Shown in pieces: positions 1 through 9,560 of a DNA stretch of 64,000 nt. This DNA comes from an uncultured Magnetococcales bacterium (GTDB lineage Bacteria > Pseudomonadota > Magnetococcia > Magnetococcales > CAYFNE01), in contig CAYFNE010000007.1 in NCBI GenBank assembly GCA_964344355.1, forward strand, positions 7,225-71,224. The letters are read 5' to 3'. A program made the translations under genes and the position numbers. Within the stretch, counting starts at the first letter, position 1. Each line of letters starts with the position of its first letter. The notes beneath the pieces are model-generated. The model worked only from the letters and a program-made list of their open reading frames with translations, ran no database searches and was not told the origin of the DNA.

Positions 1-50
1 GGGTTGGCCGAGGAGTGGCAGGAGGCGGCAAGGGAGGAGGGACCGTCGGC

Positions 51-1268
51 ATGAACCGGTTTCACTACACCGGCCGCCGCCACGGCCAGCGGGTGGTGGG
101 CGATCTGGAGGGGATCGATGCCGCCGACATCGCCCGGCAACTGCTCGATCGCCGTATCGAACCGCTGACCATCGTTCCCCACACCGGTCCCGCCACCGTT
201 GCCGATTGGCTGCATGGGCGTGGCGGTGGTTGGCCGGGGGTGGATGACCTGATCCTGTTCGCCCGGCAGATGTATGCCCTGATCAAGGCGGGGGTACCCA
301 TGACCCGGGCTTTTCAGGGCTTGATGGACGGGGCGGTCAATCCGCGCATGAAATCGGCCCTGGGGCGGATCGCCGCCGATCTGCAGGGGGGACGGAATCT
401 CTCCGCCGCCCTGGCCGAACATCCGCGTATTTTCGGCCGTCTGTTTCCCCGCATCATTCACATCGGTGAGGAGACCGGACGCCTGGAGGAGTCCTTTCGG
501 CAGCTCTCTCTTTATCTGGAGGTGGACAAGGAGAACCGCCGCCGTATCCGTGAGGCGATGCGGTATCCATTGTTTGTTCTTCTGGCCCTGTTCGCGGCCT
601 TGCTCGTCATCACCTGGTTCGTCATTCCCGCCTTTGCCGGACTGTTCGTCAAGTTTGGTTCCGATCTACCCATGATGACCCGCCTGCTGTTGGGCACCTC
701 CCGGTTCGTCCAGGAGCATGGGCCGGTTTTGTTGATGGGACTGTCATTGACGGTTTATGGTTTCGTCCTGTTCATCCGCCAGCCGGGGGGACGTCTGTGG
801 TGGGATGGGGTGCGGTTGCGGATCCCCTTGGTCGGTTCGATCGTGCATCATTCGACCCTGGCCCGTTTCGCCCGCGCCTTCGCCATGGGGTCCCGTTCCG
901 GTTTGACCGCCGTGCAAACCCTGACCGCCACCGCGGAGGCGGTGGACAATGTTTACCTGGAACGCCGCATTCGCCAAATGCGCGAAGGGGTGGAGCGGGG
1001 GGAGGGGTTGACCCGGTCGGCTCATGGCAGTGGTCTGTTGCCGCCGTTGATGTTGCAGATGATGGCGGTGGGCGAGGAGAGTGGTGATCTGGCCGGCATG
1101 ATGTCGGAGGTGGCCGACTTTTTGGAGCGGGAGGTGGCCTACGAAACCCGGGCATTGAGTGCGGCCATCGAGCCGATATTGATAACTTTTGTGGCAATAC
1201 TGGTATTGGTACTCGCGCTGGGCGTGTTTTTACCCCTGTGGGATCTCGGTTCCGCCGCCCTGCGTTGA
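51..1268 (+). CDS. Type II secretion / type IV pilus platform protein, GspF/PilC family (MshG-like)
   Basis: ORF track 15..1268. Start trimmed to ATG 51 (MNRFHYTGRR...), which has a GGAGG-rich stretch upstream. Polytopic protein with hydrophobic spans (YPLFVLLALFAALLVITWFVIPAF; PILITFVAILVLVLALGVFLPLWDL) and a GspF-like layout. A pilin operon follows directly. Confidence 0.9.
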   Translation: MNRFHYTGRRHGQRVVGDLEGIDAADIARQLLDRRIEPLTIVPHTGPATVADWLHGRGGGWPGVDDLILFARQMYALIKAGVPMTRAFQGLMDGAVNPRMKSALGRIAADLQGGRNLSAALAEHPRIFGRLFPRIIHIGEETGRLEESFRQLSLYLEVDKENRRRIREAMRYPLFVLLALFAALLVITWFVIPAFAGLFVKFGSDLPMMTRLLLGTSRFVQEHGPVLLMGLSLTVYGFVLFIRQPGGRLWWDGVRLRIPLVGSIVHHSTLARFARAFAMGSRSGLTAVQTLTATAEAVDNVYLERRIRQMREGVERGEGLTRSAHGSGLLPPLMLQMMAVGEESGDLAGMMSEVADFLEREVAYETRALSAAIEPILITFVAILVLVLALGVFLPLWDLGSAALR

Positions 1269-1423
1269 GAGATCGATCAAAAACTGAACAGTAAAGATGT
1301 AATAAATATCATGTAAGGCATTAATTTTTGGGTTATGATCTTGTTGTCCGGAAAAACCTACTGAATCCACCGCGATTGGAGTACAATCGTGAAATATAAT
1401 TAATTTGATTTGATCAATCGGGC

Positions 1424-1843
1424 ATGGGGGTTCGTATCTTGGTGATCGAAAATGAAAAACGAGGTATTGAGTGTCCGGATTCGGGTTTCACCCTGATCGA
1501 ACTGGTCATGGTGATCGTTATTCTGGGGGTGTTGGCGGCGGTGGCGGCCCCCCGGTTCAGCGATCTGAGCGTGGAGTCCGAAAGGGCGGCGGCGGACGGG
1601 GTGTATGCGGCGGTCCAGTCGGCGGCCGCCATCAACTTTGCCGCCGCCCGCGCCGGCAAAACCGGTCTCACCCCCATCACCACCGGCCTCACCCTGCTGG
1701 ATGCCATGGATGGAACCCCGGATGGCTGGAGTCCCAGCGGCGCCACTCTCACCCACACCGGCAAGGATGGCACGGTTTACACCATTACCATCGCCACCGG
1801 TGAAACCGCTTCCAACAAAGCCGATCTGACCAAAAACTGGTAA
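1424..1843 (+). CDS. Type IV (MSHA-like) major pilin with prepilin-type N-terminal cleavage/methylation motif
   Basis: Class III signal G|FTLIELVMVIVILGVLAAVAAPRF. 139 aa, with an AT-rich 155-nt region upstream. Leader length is uncertain: ATG 1424 or in-frame GTG 1442. Confidence 0.85.
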   Translation: MGVRILVIENEKRGIECPDSGFTLIELVMVIVILGVLAAVAAPRFSDLSVESERAAADGVYAAVQSAAAINFAAARAGKTGLTPITTGLTLLDAMDGTPDGWSPSGATLTHTGKDGTVYTITIATGETASNKADLTKNW

Positions 1844-1844
1844 A

Positions 1845-2282
1845 ATGGCGCCTGGCCTTTCCAACGACCGGACCGCCGGTTTTTCCCTGATCGAATTGAT
1901 CCTGGTGTTGTTGATCCTCGCCATCCTGGCGGTTGTGGCGGCGCCGCGTTGGCGGGGGGGTGCCCTCACCCTGGCGGCCGGGGCGGGACGGTTGATGCAG
2001 GATATCCGTTATGCGCGGGCCTTGGCCATGAGCCGGGGTGAGGCGTTTACGGTGTTGCGGATCGCCGAAGATGGTTATGAGATACAGGATGCCGACGGTG
2101 GGTTGTTCCCGGCGCAACCCAATCCGGTGTGGCTCAACGGTCTTTCGATCGCCCCTTTTTCGATCTCTTTTGATGAATGGGGTTCCCCCGGAGCGGTGGA
2201 TATCAATGTGAACATCAGCCGGGGAGGTGAAGATGCAACCCTGCGGGTGGTGGGTGTCACCGGCGCGGTAATCGGCTTATGA
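1845..2282 (+). CDS. Minor pilin / pseudopilin, GspH/FimT-like
   Basis: AGFSLIELILVLLILAILAVVAAPRW prepilin motif. RLMQDIRYARALAMSRGEAF resembles the GspH/FimT core. Starts 1 nt after the upstream stop. Confidence 0.8.
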   Translation: MAPGLSNDRTAGFSLIELILVLLILAILAVVAAPRWRGGALTLAAGAGRLMQDIRYARALAMSRGEAFTVLRIAEDGYEIQDADGGLFPAQPNPVWLNGLSIAPFSISFDEWGSPGAVDINVNISRGGEDATLRVVGVTGAVIGL

Positions 2283-2719
2283 CCCGGATATCCACCAGGC
2301 CGATGTCGTGGGGGTTCACCCTCGTCGAACTGATTTTTTTCATCGTTATCATCGGTATCATCGGGGCCGTCATGGGGCCGGTGTTCGGGCGGGCGTTCTC
2401 CAGTCTTCATATCATCGGTGATGGGGTACGGGGCCATTATCTGGCTCAGGAGCGTCTTGAAGAGATGTGTGCCGGAATGCGTGAAACGGATTCAGAAGAC
2501 TGGTTCCCCGGCATACGGGATGAGAGCGAGACCATCACTCTGGACGGCTCCCGGCTCGTTCGTATCGTCCAGGTCCAAGGGGCCGATTTGAATGGGGATG
2601 ATCTCGCTTGCACCGGACTGTCCTACAGTGGGGAGCCGTTCAAATGTGTGACGGTTACGGTGAAACATGCCGACACCGGCGAATTTCTCGGTGATGGACG
2701 CATGGTCCTGGCCCAATGA
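2279..2719 (+). CDS. Minor pilin-like protein (prepilin-type N-terminus)
   Basis: WGFTLVELIFFIVIIGIIGAVMGP motif. ATGA start/stop overlap with the upstream gene (2279-2282). Confidence 0.75.
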   Translation: MTRISTRPMSWGFTLVELIFFIVIIGIIGAVMGPVFGRAFSSLHIIGDGVRGHYLAQERLEEMCAGMRETDSEDWFPGIRDESETITLDGSRLVRIVQVQGADLNGDDLACTGLSYSGEPFKCVTVTVKHADTGEFLGDGRMVLAQ

Positions 2720-3213
2720 TTTGTTTTTCTTGTCGGCAGCGGGGTTTCACCCTGATGGAGATGGTGTTGACCCTGACCGTTCTCGCCATCATCGCCGGAG
2801 CGGGTGCCCGGATCATCGGCGCCGCTTTCAATGCCTGGATGGAAGCCCGGGCCATCGCGCCCCTGGCCACCCGTGGACAGTTGGCCATGGAGCGGATGAT
2901 CCGGGAACTGCGGGTCGGATCCTGTGCGACATTGACACAGCCGGAGGGGCCGATCACCATCCAGGTCCAAAACAGTCTGGGCGAGGTGCTGTTCCGGCAC
3001 GGTCAATCGCCGGTGGACGGTATTTACCGGCGGGAGGATGGTGGCGGCGATAAACTGTTGCTGGCGGGGGTGGCGGCGGCCGATGTGAACTTTTCCATTT
3101 CCACGTCCCGAAGGTGTCTGGTGACCATCCAGTTCGTGTTGACCGATACTTTCGTCGATGGCGGCAGCCTGCGTTATCCCCTGAGGACCGCGATTCATGT
3201 TCGGAAACCGTGA
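2716..3213 (+). CDS. Minor pilin-like protein (prepilin-type N-terminus)
   Basis: RGFTLMEMVLTLTVLAIIAGAGA motif. ATGA overlap with the upstream gene (2716-2719). Confidence 0.75.
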   Translation: MICFSCRQRGFTLMEMVLTLTVLAIIAGAGARIIGAAFNAWMEARAIAPLATRGQLAMERMIRELRVGSCATLTQPEGPITIQVQNSLGEVLFRHGQSPVDGIYRREDGGGDKLLLAGVAAADVNFSISTSRRCLVTIQFVLTDTFVDGGSLRYPLRTAIHVRKP

Positions 3214-3635
3214 TCGATTATAACGAACAAGAGGGTTTCCTGGTGCTCCTGGCGCTGATGGTGCTGGTGGTGGTTATGGCACTGGGGGTCGGCGTGGCGC
3301 ACATGTACCTGCGTGGTTCGGACGTCAGTGCCGAATTTTTGGACCGGGGGGAGTCGCAGGTTCCAAAAAATCTGGCGGAATTGGGTTTTCGGTTTGGCCG
3401 TTCCGAATTACGGAAAAAGGGTTGTGTCACTCCATCTCCGGCAACACGAACTTTGAACGTGTCCGGCCTCGGTACCGTGACGGTGGTTTTCACCAGCTTG
3501 GGCTCCGGCTATTTTCGGATCGTCTCCACCGGTTCAAATGGCGAAGAGCAGTCGAACCTGACCTGTGCGCTGTTCTGCTCCCCACCCCAGCACTGGGGTG
3601 GGGCGGATGATATCTCCGATGTCAGTTGCCAATAG
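3210..3635 (+). CDS. Pilus-associated membrane-anchored protein (PilX/GspK-like N-terminal anchor), function uncertain
   Basis: ORF track 3114..3635. I prefer the in-frame GTG at 3210, which forms a GTGA overlap with the upstream stop (3210-3213). N-terminal hydrophobic anchor EGFLVLLALMVLVVVMALGVGVA. Last gene of the pilin operon. Confidence 0.5.
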   Translation: MIDYNEQEGFLVLLALMVLVVVMALGVGVAHMYLRGSDVSAEFLDRGESQVPKNLAELGFRFGRSELRKKGCVTPSPATRTLNVSGLGTVTVVFTSLGSGYFRIVSTGSNGEEQSNLTCALFCSPPQHWGGADDISDVSCQ

Positions 3636-3836
3636 AAGGGATTGGCGGCGGGGGAAAAGGCTAATCGATTACATGATCCTTGGCGATCCGCATGAATAGA
3701 GCCGCGGTCGCCGCGCCAGTCATGTAGAGGAACTGACGCAAGCTGGATTGCAAACCGTTGAAACCGTGGCGGGTGGTCGTTTCAAGGTGGGCGATTTGTT
3801 CGGAAGAGGCCGGTGTTTCCTCCAGTTGATCCGATC

Positions 3837-6086
3837 TCATTTCGCCACCTTGATATCCAACTCCTCCCCCTTGCGTCCCAAAACCACCGTGCCACCGTGG
3901 CGGAGTTTGCCGAACAGCAGTTCGTCGGCCAGGGGTTGGCGAATTTTGTTTTTGATCAGCCGCTCCATGGGTCGGGCGCCATTTTTTCGGTCGTAGCCGT
4001 GTTCCGCCAGCCAATCGCGGGCCTCATCCGCGACCTCCAGGGAGACGTGCTGTTTTTCCAGGTCGGTCTCCAGGATCATCAAAAATTTGTCCACCACGCG
4101 GATGATGATCTCCGGCGGCAGGGCGGCGAAGGGGATGATGGCGTCGAGGCGGTTGCGGAATTCCGGGGAGAACAGTTTTTTGATCTCCTTCATCTCATCG
4201 CCCTGATGGTCCTGGGTGACGAAACCGACCGAGGCGCGGTCCACCTCCTGGGCGCCGGCGTTGGTGGTCATGATGAGAATGACATTGCGGAAGTTGGCCT
4301 TGCGGCCATTGTTGTCCGTCAGGCTGCCGTGATCCATCACCTGCAGCAACAGGTTGAACACATCGGGGTGGGCCTTTTCGATTTCGTCGAGCAGCAACAC
4401 CGCGTGGGGATTTTTCGTCACCCCCTCGGTGAGCAGCCCGGCCTGATCGAAACCGACGTAACCCGGCGGGGCGCCGATGAGGCGGGAGACGGTGTGGCGC
4501 TCCATGTACTCGCTCATGTCGAAGCGCAACAGTTCCACCGACAGTTCCCGGGCCAACTGCCGCGCCAACTCGGTCTTGCCGACGCCGGTGGGGCCGGAGA
4601 GCAGGAAACAGCCCATCGGCTTTTCCGGGTTGCCCAGTCCGGCCCGGGACAGCTTGATCGCCTGGCACACCTGCGCCAGGGCCTGATCCTGGCCGAACAG
4701 GGCCAGGCGCAGATTGTTTTCCAGGTGTTCCAATACTTCGCGGTCATCCTGGGAGACCGAGCGGGGGGGGATGCGGGCCATGCTGGCGACGACCGTTTCC
4801 ACCTCCTTGATGCCGATGGCTTTTTTGCGTTTTGAGGCGGTCAGCAACCGCATGGCGGCGCCGGCCTCGTCGATGACGTCGATGGCGGAGTCGGGATGTT
4901 TGCGGTCGGTGATGTGGCGGCCGGAGAGTTCGGCGGCGGTACGGATGGCCGGGCCGGTATAATGAATGTCGTGATGCTCCTCGTAGCGGCTTTTCAATCC
5001 TTTGAGAATTTTGACCGTCTCCTCCATGGAGGGTTCGGGCACGTCGATTTTTTGAAAACGGCGCGCCAGGGCGCGATCCTTTTCGAACACCCCCCGGAAC
5101 TCCTCATAGGTGGTGGAACCGATACACCGTATATCCCCGGCGGCCAGCAACGGTTTCAACAGGTTGGAGGCATCCATGGAGCCGGCGCTGGTGGAACCGG
5201 CGCCGATGACGGTGTGGATCTCATCGATGAACAGGATGGCGCCGGTCTGCTCCATCAACCGTTTCAGAACCCCCTTCAGGCGCGCTTCGAAATCGCCGCG
5301 ATATTTGGTGCCGGCCAGCAGGGAGCCCATGTCCAGGGAGTAGACGACGCTGTCGGCCAGGGGTTCCGGTACCTCACCGGCCTGGATTTTCAGGGCCACC
5401 CCTTCGGCGAGATGGGTTTTGCCGACGCCGGCCTCACCGACGAACAGCGGGTTGTTTTTTCGCCGCCGGCAGAGGATCTGGAAGGTGCGGGTCACCTCCT
5501 CTTCCCGGCCGATCAACGGATCGATCTTTCCTTGTGCCGCCTGTTCGTTGAGGTTGAGGGCGTATTGGGCCAGGGGATCGGCCTTGCTTTCACCGCGGTC
5601 GAGGGAACCACCGGTCCCGGCGGTCTCTTCCTCCGCGCGCTGGTCGTCGTTCAACTCGTCGGTGTGGTTGGAGATGGCGGTCTGCACGTCCAGGCGGTGG
5701 ATGTTTTGCCGTTCGAGGAAATGGACGGCGTGTGACTGTTTTTCGCCATACATGGCCGCCAACACGTAGGCGCCGGTGACGGTGGTGCGACCGGCGGCCT
5801 GCACCTGGTAGACGGCGCGTTGGATCACCCGTTGGAAACCGACGGTGGGGGTGATCTCCAGCAGGCCGTCCTCTTTTTCGGCGATCGGCACATGGGCGGC
5901 GAGATGGGTTTCCAGGTCCTTGGAAAGCCGTTTCAGGTTGCAACCGCAATCGAGGAGGATGGCGGTGACCTCGGGATTTTCGATCAGGGCCAGGAGCAGA
6001 TGTTCGACGGTGGCATATTGGTGCCGCCGCAGTTGGGCGCCGCGGATGGCTTTGTTCAGGGAGGATTCGAGCTGTTTACTGATCAT
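3837..6086 (-). CDS. clpA: ATP-dependent Clp protease ATP-binding subunit ClpA
   Basis: 749 aa. Clp N-domain followed by two AAA+ modules with Walker A GEAGVGKT and GPTGVGKT. Sits immediately downstream of clpS. Confidence 0.97.
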   Translation of the reverse strand: MISKQLESSLNKAIRGAQLRRHQYATVEHLLLALIENPEVTAILLDCGCNLKRLSKDLETHLAAHVPIAEKEDGLLEITPTVGFQRVIQRAVYQVQAAGRTTVTGAYVLAAMYGEKQSHAVHFLERQNIHRLDVQTAISNHTDELNDDQRAEEETAGTGGSLDRGESKADPLAQYALNLNEQAAQGKIDPLIGREEEVTRTFQILCRRRKNNPLFVGEAGVGKTHLAEGVALKIQAGEVPEPLADSVVYSLDMGSLLAGTKYRGDFEARLKGVLKRLMEQTGAILFIDEIHTVIGAGSTSAGSMDASNLLKPLLAAGDIRCIGSTTYEEFRGVFEKDRALARRFQKIDVPEPSMEETVKILKGLKSRYEEHHDIHYTGPAIRTAAELSGRHITDRKHPDSAIDVIDEAGAAMRLLTASKRKKAIGIKEVETVVASMARIPPRSVSQDDREVLEHLENNLRLALFGQDQALAQVCQAIKLSRAGLGNPEKPMGCFLLSGPTGVGKTELARQLARELSVELLRFDMSEYMERHTVSRLIGAPPGYVGFDQAGLLTEGVTKNPHAVLLLDEIEKAHPDVFNLLLQVMDHGSLTDNNGRKANFRNVILIMTTNAGAQEVDRASVGFVTQDHQGDEMKEIKKLFSPEFRNRLDAIIPFAALPPEIIIRVVDKFLMILETDLEKQHVSLEVADEARDWLAEHGYDRKNGARPMERLIKNKIRQPLADELLFGKLRHGGTVVLGRKGEELDIKVAK

Positions 6087-6095
6087 GGCGGAGAC

Positions 6096-6410
6096 TCAAT
6101 TTTTTTCCATTCGGCAGCGGAGCGGGTGGCCGTTTTCCCGGGCGTGGCGGTTGACCTGCATCACCTTGGTTTCGGCGATTTCCCGGGGATAGATGCCGCA
6201 GATGCCGGTGCCTTTTTGATGGACATTGAGCATCACCTGGGTGGCTTCCTCCTGGGTTTTGTTGAAAAAGCGCATCAGCAGGTTCACCACGAAATCCATC
6301 GGTGTGAAATCGTCGTTCAGTAGGACAACTTTGAAGAAGGGGGGTTCCTTCACGCGGTCGTCGGAACGGGAGAGCAATGAGGTGTCGCCGTGTGTATCTG
6401 AGTGTCCCAT
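6096..6410 (-). CDS. clpS: ATP-dependent Clp protease adaptor ClpS
   Basis: 104 aa. Core FFKVVLLNDDFTPMDFVVNLLMRFF...ATQVMLNVHQKGTGICGIYPREIAETK is typical ClpS. Canonical clpS-clpA arrangement. Confidence 0.95.
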   Translation of the reverse strand: MGHSDTHGDTSLLSRSDDRVKEPPFFKVVLLNDDFTPMDFVVNLLMRFFNKTQEEATQVMLNVHQKGTGICGIYPREIAETKVMQVNRHARENGHPLRCRMEKN

Positions 6411-6547
6411 GGTTTTGAAACCGGATAATGTGAAAGGGATCGATAATCGGAACCGTTGATCAATGGTATGATCATGTGGGGGAGTGAGTCTACCCGAAAG
6501 TTGCTTTCGTTCCGCTAATTATCGACTGTCAGGAAAAAAATGGACGG

Positions 6548-8236
6548 TTATTTTTCCGCCATGTTCCGCTCTCTGGCGCCGTCGAGCAGTTCCCGGGCGT
6601 TGCGGCGGGCGGCGGCGGTCACCCGGTTGCCGGCCAGCATGCGTGCCAGCTCCTCCTGGCGTTGGCCGTCATCCAGTTGATCGATGGTGATGCGTGGTCG
6701 ATCGTCGATGGTGGCTTTGGTCACTTTCAGATGGTTTTCCCCCCAGGCCGCCACTTGTGGCAGATGGGTGATGGCCAGCACCTGCCGGCCCCGGGCCACG
6801 CGCGCCAGCTTGGAACCGATGCCGGCCGCCACCCGGCCGCCGACGCCGACGTCCACTTCGTCGAAAATCAATGTCGAGAGGATCATCCGGTCGGCCAACA
6901 CCACCCGCAGGGCCAGGGTGATGCGGGAGAGTTCCCCGCCCGAAGCCACCTGTTTCAGGGGTTTCAAGGGTTCGCCGGGATTGGCGCTGACTTCGAAGGC
7001 GGCCTCTTCCGATCCCCGCGGCGAGGGGTCCCCGGGGCGCGGCTTCAGGGTGAGGGCGAACCGGGTGTTGGCCATGTGCAGGTCGCCCAACTGTTTTTCC
7101 ACCGCCCCGGTCAGCCGTTGGGCGGCTTTTTTGCGGCTGACGCTCAACTGTTTGGCCGCTTTTTCGTAAGCGGCGAGGGTTTCGCGCAGGTTTTCTTCCA
7201 GGCGCCGTTCATTTTCCCCGGCATGATCGATGGCATCGATCTCCTGGCGCCACTGCGCTTCCAGTTCCGGCAGTTGGTCCGCTTCGCGGTGATGTTTTCG
7301 GCACAGGCGGCGGATCAGGTCCAACCGTTCCTCCAATGTCTCCAGTTGCGCGGGATCGGTCTCCAACCCTTCCATATAGTGCCGGCACCGTTGCGCGGCA
7401 TCCTCCAGTTCGTAATGGAGCGACCGCACGCTCTCGGCGATGGGCAACAGGGCCGGGTCCAGTTCGGCGATCGATTCCAGAATGGCGGTCGCCTCCCCGG
7501 TAATGGCGCCGGCGGCCCGGGGTGACTCCTGGAGCAGTTCCCAGGCCTCCCGGGTCCCGTCGGCGAGACGGGTGGCATGGGCCAATCTGGAACGGCGGCC
7601 CTCCAGTTCGGCCATTTCACCGACGGTGACGCCGGCGCCGGTCAACTCTTCCAACTGAAAGGTGAGAAAGGCGTGCCGGTCGGCGGCATCCCGGGCCCGT
7701 TGGCGCAACGCGTCCAGTTCACCGCGCAACCGGCGCCATTTTTCCTGATGTTGCGTCACGGTGGCCAGGAGTTCGGGGTGGTCGGCGAAGGCGTCGAGGA
7801 TGGCCAGATGGCTGGCCGGGTCGAGCAGGGCCTGGTTGTCATGTTGACCGTGAACCTCCACCAGCAGGTCGCCCAGTTGCGACAGGGCCGACAGGGGAAT
7901 CTGTGTTTCGTTGATGAAGGCGCGGCTGGGACCGTTGCGGTTCAACACTCGGCGCAGGATCAACTCCGGGCTGTTCTCCTCCAGGGATTGCCGTTGCAGC
8001 CAGGGCCGGCAGGGGTGTTCGGTGGCCGGTTGAAAGGTGGCGGTGACCGTGGCCCGTTCAGCGCCGGTACGGATCAGGGCGCTGTCGGCCCGGGCCCCCA
8101 ACACCAGGGCCAGGGCGTCGATGAGGATCGACTTGCCCGCCCCGGTTTCGCCGCTGAGAATGGTCAGACCGCTGGTGAACTCCAGGTCCAGACGCTGGAT
8201 CAGGGCGATGTTTTCGATGGAGAGCCGTTGCAGCAT
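6548..8236 (-). CDS. recN: DNA repair protein RecN
   Basis: 562 aa. N-terminus MLQRLSIENIALIQRLDLEF...GETGAGKSILIDAL, a long coiled-coil middle, and C-terminal SGGELSRITLAL signature plus LIFDEVDVGVGG Walker B. Confidence 0.95.
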   Translation of the reverse strand: MLQRLSIENIALIQRLDLEFTSGLTILSGETGAGKSILIDALALVLGARADSALIRTGAERATVTATFQPATEHPCRPWLQRQSLEENSPELILRRVLNRNGPSRAFINETQIPLSALSQLGDLLVEVHGQHDNQALLDPASHLAILDAFADHPELLATVTQHQEKWRRLRGELDALRQRARDAADRHAFLTFQLEELTGAGVTVGEMAELEGRRSRLAHATRLADGTREAWELLQESPRAAGAITGEATAILESIAELDPALLPIAESVRSLHYELEDAAQRCRHYMEGLETDPAQLETLEERLDLIRRLCRKHHREADQLPELEAQWRQEIDAIDHAGENERRLEENLRETLAAYEKAAKQLSVSRKKAAQRLTGAVEKQLGDLHMANTRFALTLKPRPGDPSPRGSEEAAFEVSANPGEPLKPLKQVASGGELSRITLALRVVLADRMILSTLIFDEVDVGVGGRVAAGIGSKLARVARGRQVLAITHLPQVAAWGENHLKVTKATIDDRPRITIDQLDDGQRQEELARMLAGNRVTAAARRNARELLDGARERNMAEK

Positions 8237-8428
8237 GGGTCGTGTTCAATCGAATGGGGTGTCGGTACGGCGCACAGCCTAGCGTGACGCCGATGACCGC
8301 GCAAGCGGTGGGAGCGGTTGGGCGGTGTGGATAAGGCTTTTCAAGTGGGCGGGGGAGTGATTTAATGTTTGAATTGAAGTGGATCCCTTTTTCATTCCAA
8401 CCGTTCCGCAACCGCGCGGGGGCGTGCC

Positions 8429-9088
8429 ATGGCCGGTGAAGATTTCAAGAAAAACATTTTTGACCAGTTCGCCCGGGTGGGCAAGGCGTTGGCCAATGGT
8501 TCGCGGTTGGAGATCCTGGAGTTCCTGGCCCAGGGGACCTACACGGTCGAGGCCCTGGCCGAGGTGGCGCGTCTGTCGGTGGCCAACACCTCGCGCCATC
8601 TCCAGATCCTGCGTCAAGCCGGCCTGGTGGAGGGGGAACGTTCGGGCCAGCATGTGATCTATCGCCTGTCGGACCCGCTGGTGGTGGACCTGATGACCAC
8701 CTTGCGCACCCTGGCCGAGCGCCGTTTTGCCGAAGTGGACCGGTTGGTCCGCGATTATCTCACCATCCGCGATGCCCTGGAACCGGTGCCCTGGGAGGAG
8801 TTGCTGGAGCGGGTGCGCGCCGGCACGGTGACGGTGCTGGACGTGCGTCCGGAGGGCGAATATCGGGCCGGCCATCTGCCGCAGGCCGAAAACGTCCCCT
8901 TGAGACAACTGGAAGCGCGCATGGCCGGCCTGCCCCGGGATCGGGAGGTGATCGCCTATTGTCGCGGCCCATACTGTGTGTTGGCCTTCGAGGCTGTGGC
9001 CCGCTTACGAAAAAAAGGATTCAATGCCCGGCGCCTGCGGGACGGGTTTCCGGAGTGGCAACGGGCGGGACTGCCGGTGATTTCCTGA
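8429..9088 (+). CDS. ArsR-family transcriptional regulator fused to a rhodanese domain
   Basis: N-terminal winged HTH (RLEILEFLAQGTYTVEALAEVARLSVANTSRHLQILRQAGLV). C-terminal rhodanese (VLDVRPEGEYRAGHLP...IAYCRGPYC active-site loop). Confidence 0.9.
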   Translation: MAGEDFKKNIFDQFARVGKALANGSRLEILEFLAQGTYTVEALAEVARLSVANTSRHLQILRQAGLVEGERSGQHVIYRLSDPLVVDLMTTLRTLAERRFAEVDRLVRDYLTIRDALEPVPWEELLERVRAGTVTVLDVRPEGEYRAGHLPQAENVPLRQLEARMAGLPRDREVIAYCRGPYCVLAFEAVARLRKKGFNARRLRDGFPEWQRAGLPVIS

Positions 9089-9560
9089 TTTTCGGACAAA
9101 TGATGGGGAAAACGGGTCGAATGAAATGATTTTTGTCAATTTTTGGCGTTATTCGGCAAAAGGTTTCTCCATGATGAACGCAATATTTCGCGGGAATCGC
9201 CGATAAGGGGTGGCGGAAACCGGCTATGAATGGGTGGCCACCGGAAAACCTTTCGATGGTTTCGTTACGGGTGGCCCCGGGATGGCGGGGTCGTTCCGGT
9301 TCTCTGGTTGTCGATTCATTCGCGAAAAAAATAATTAGCATTGATGCTTAAGGGGTATTGCTTGAACATTTGTTTGTGGATAAAACAAATTATCGGTGAC
9401 ACGGCACGCCATTTGTTGCATGATGGCGGGCATGAATATCCGCTCCGGTTCAGCCGTTGCGGGGTGTTGTCGTCAGATCGGCACGATTGAGCGGATTTTT
9501 ATCCTTTGACCACCTGTTCGAATGGGCGGTTTTTTTGTGCTGGAATAAAAGATTTGTGAA

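Noticed and set aside
3813-6323. Series of long plus-strand ORFs (340, 279 and 167 aa) opposite clpA/clpS
   Set aside because: They are antisense to unmistakable ClpA/ClpS coding sequence, have biased composition and show no motifs.
8237-8428. Search for an SOS (LexA) box in the recN / ArsR-rhodanese divergent promoter region
   Set aside because: No CTGT-N8-ACAG or GTTC-N7-GTTC/GAAC-N7-GAAC palindrome is found, only a partial GTTCaatcgaaTGGG. The LexA motif of this lineage is unknown to me, so absence is not informative.
9270-9298. Single GC hairpin (CCCCG-ggatgg-CGGGG ... CCG) resembling a type I-E CRISPR repeat, ~260 nt upstream of the Cse2-like gene
   Set aside because: Only one copy is present and about 16 of 29 positions match the E. 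coli-type repeat from memory. There is no spacer-repeat periodicity anywhere in the window. GC hairpins of this kind are expected by chance, so this is not a CRISPR array.
9403-9420. GGCACGccatttgTTGCA sigma-54-like string upstream of the Cse2-like gene
   Set aside because: The GG-to-GC distance is 3 nt longer than the canonical GG-N10-GC register, and sigma-54 spacing is essentially invariant.
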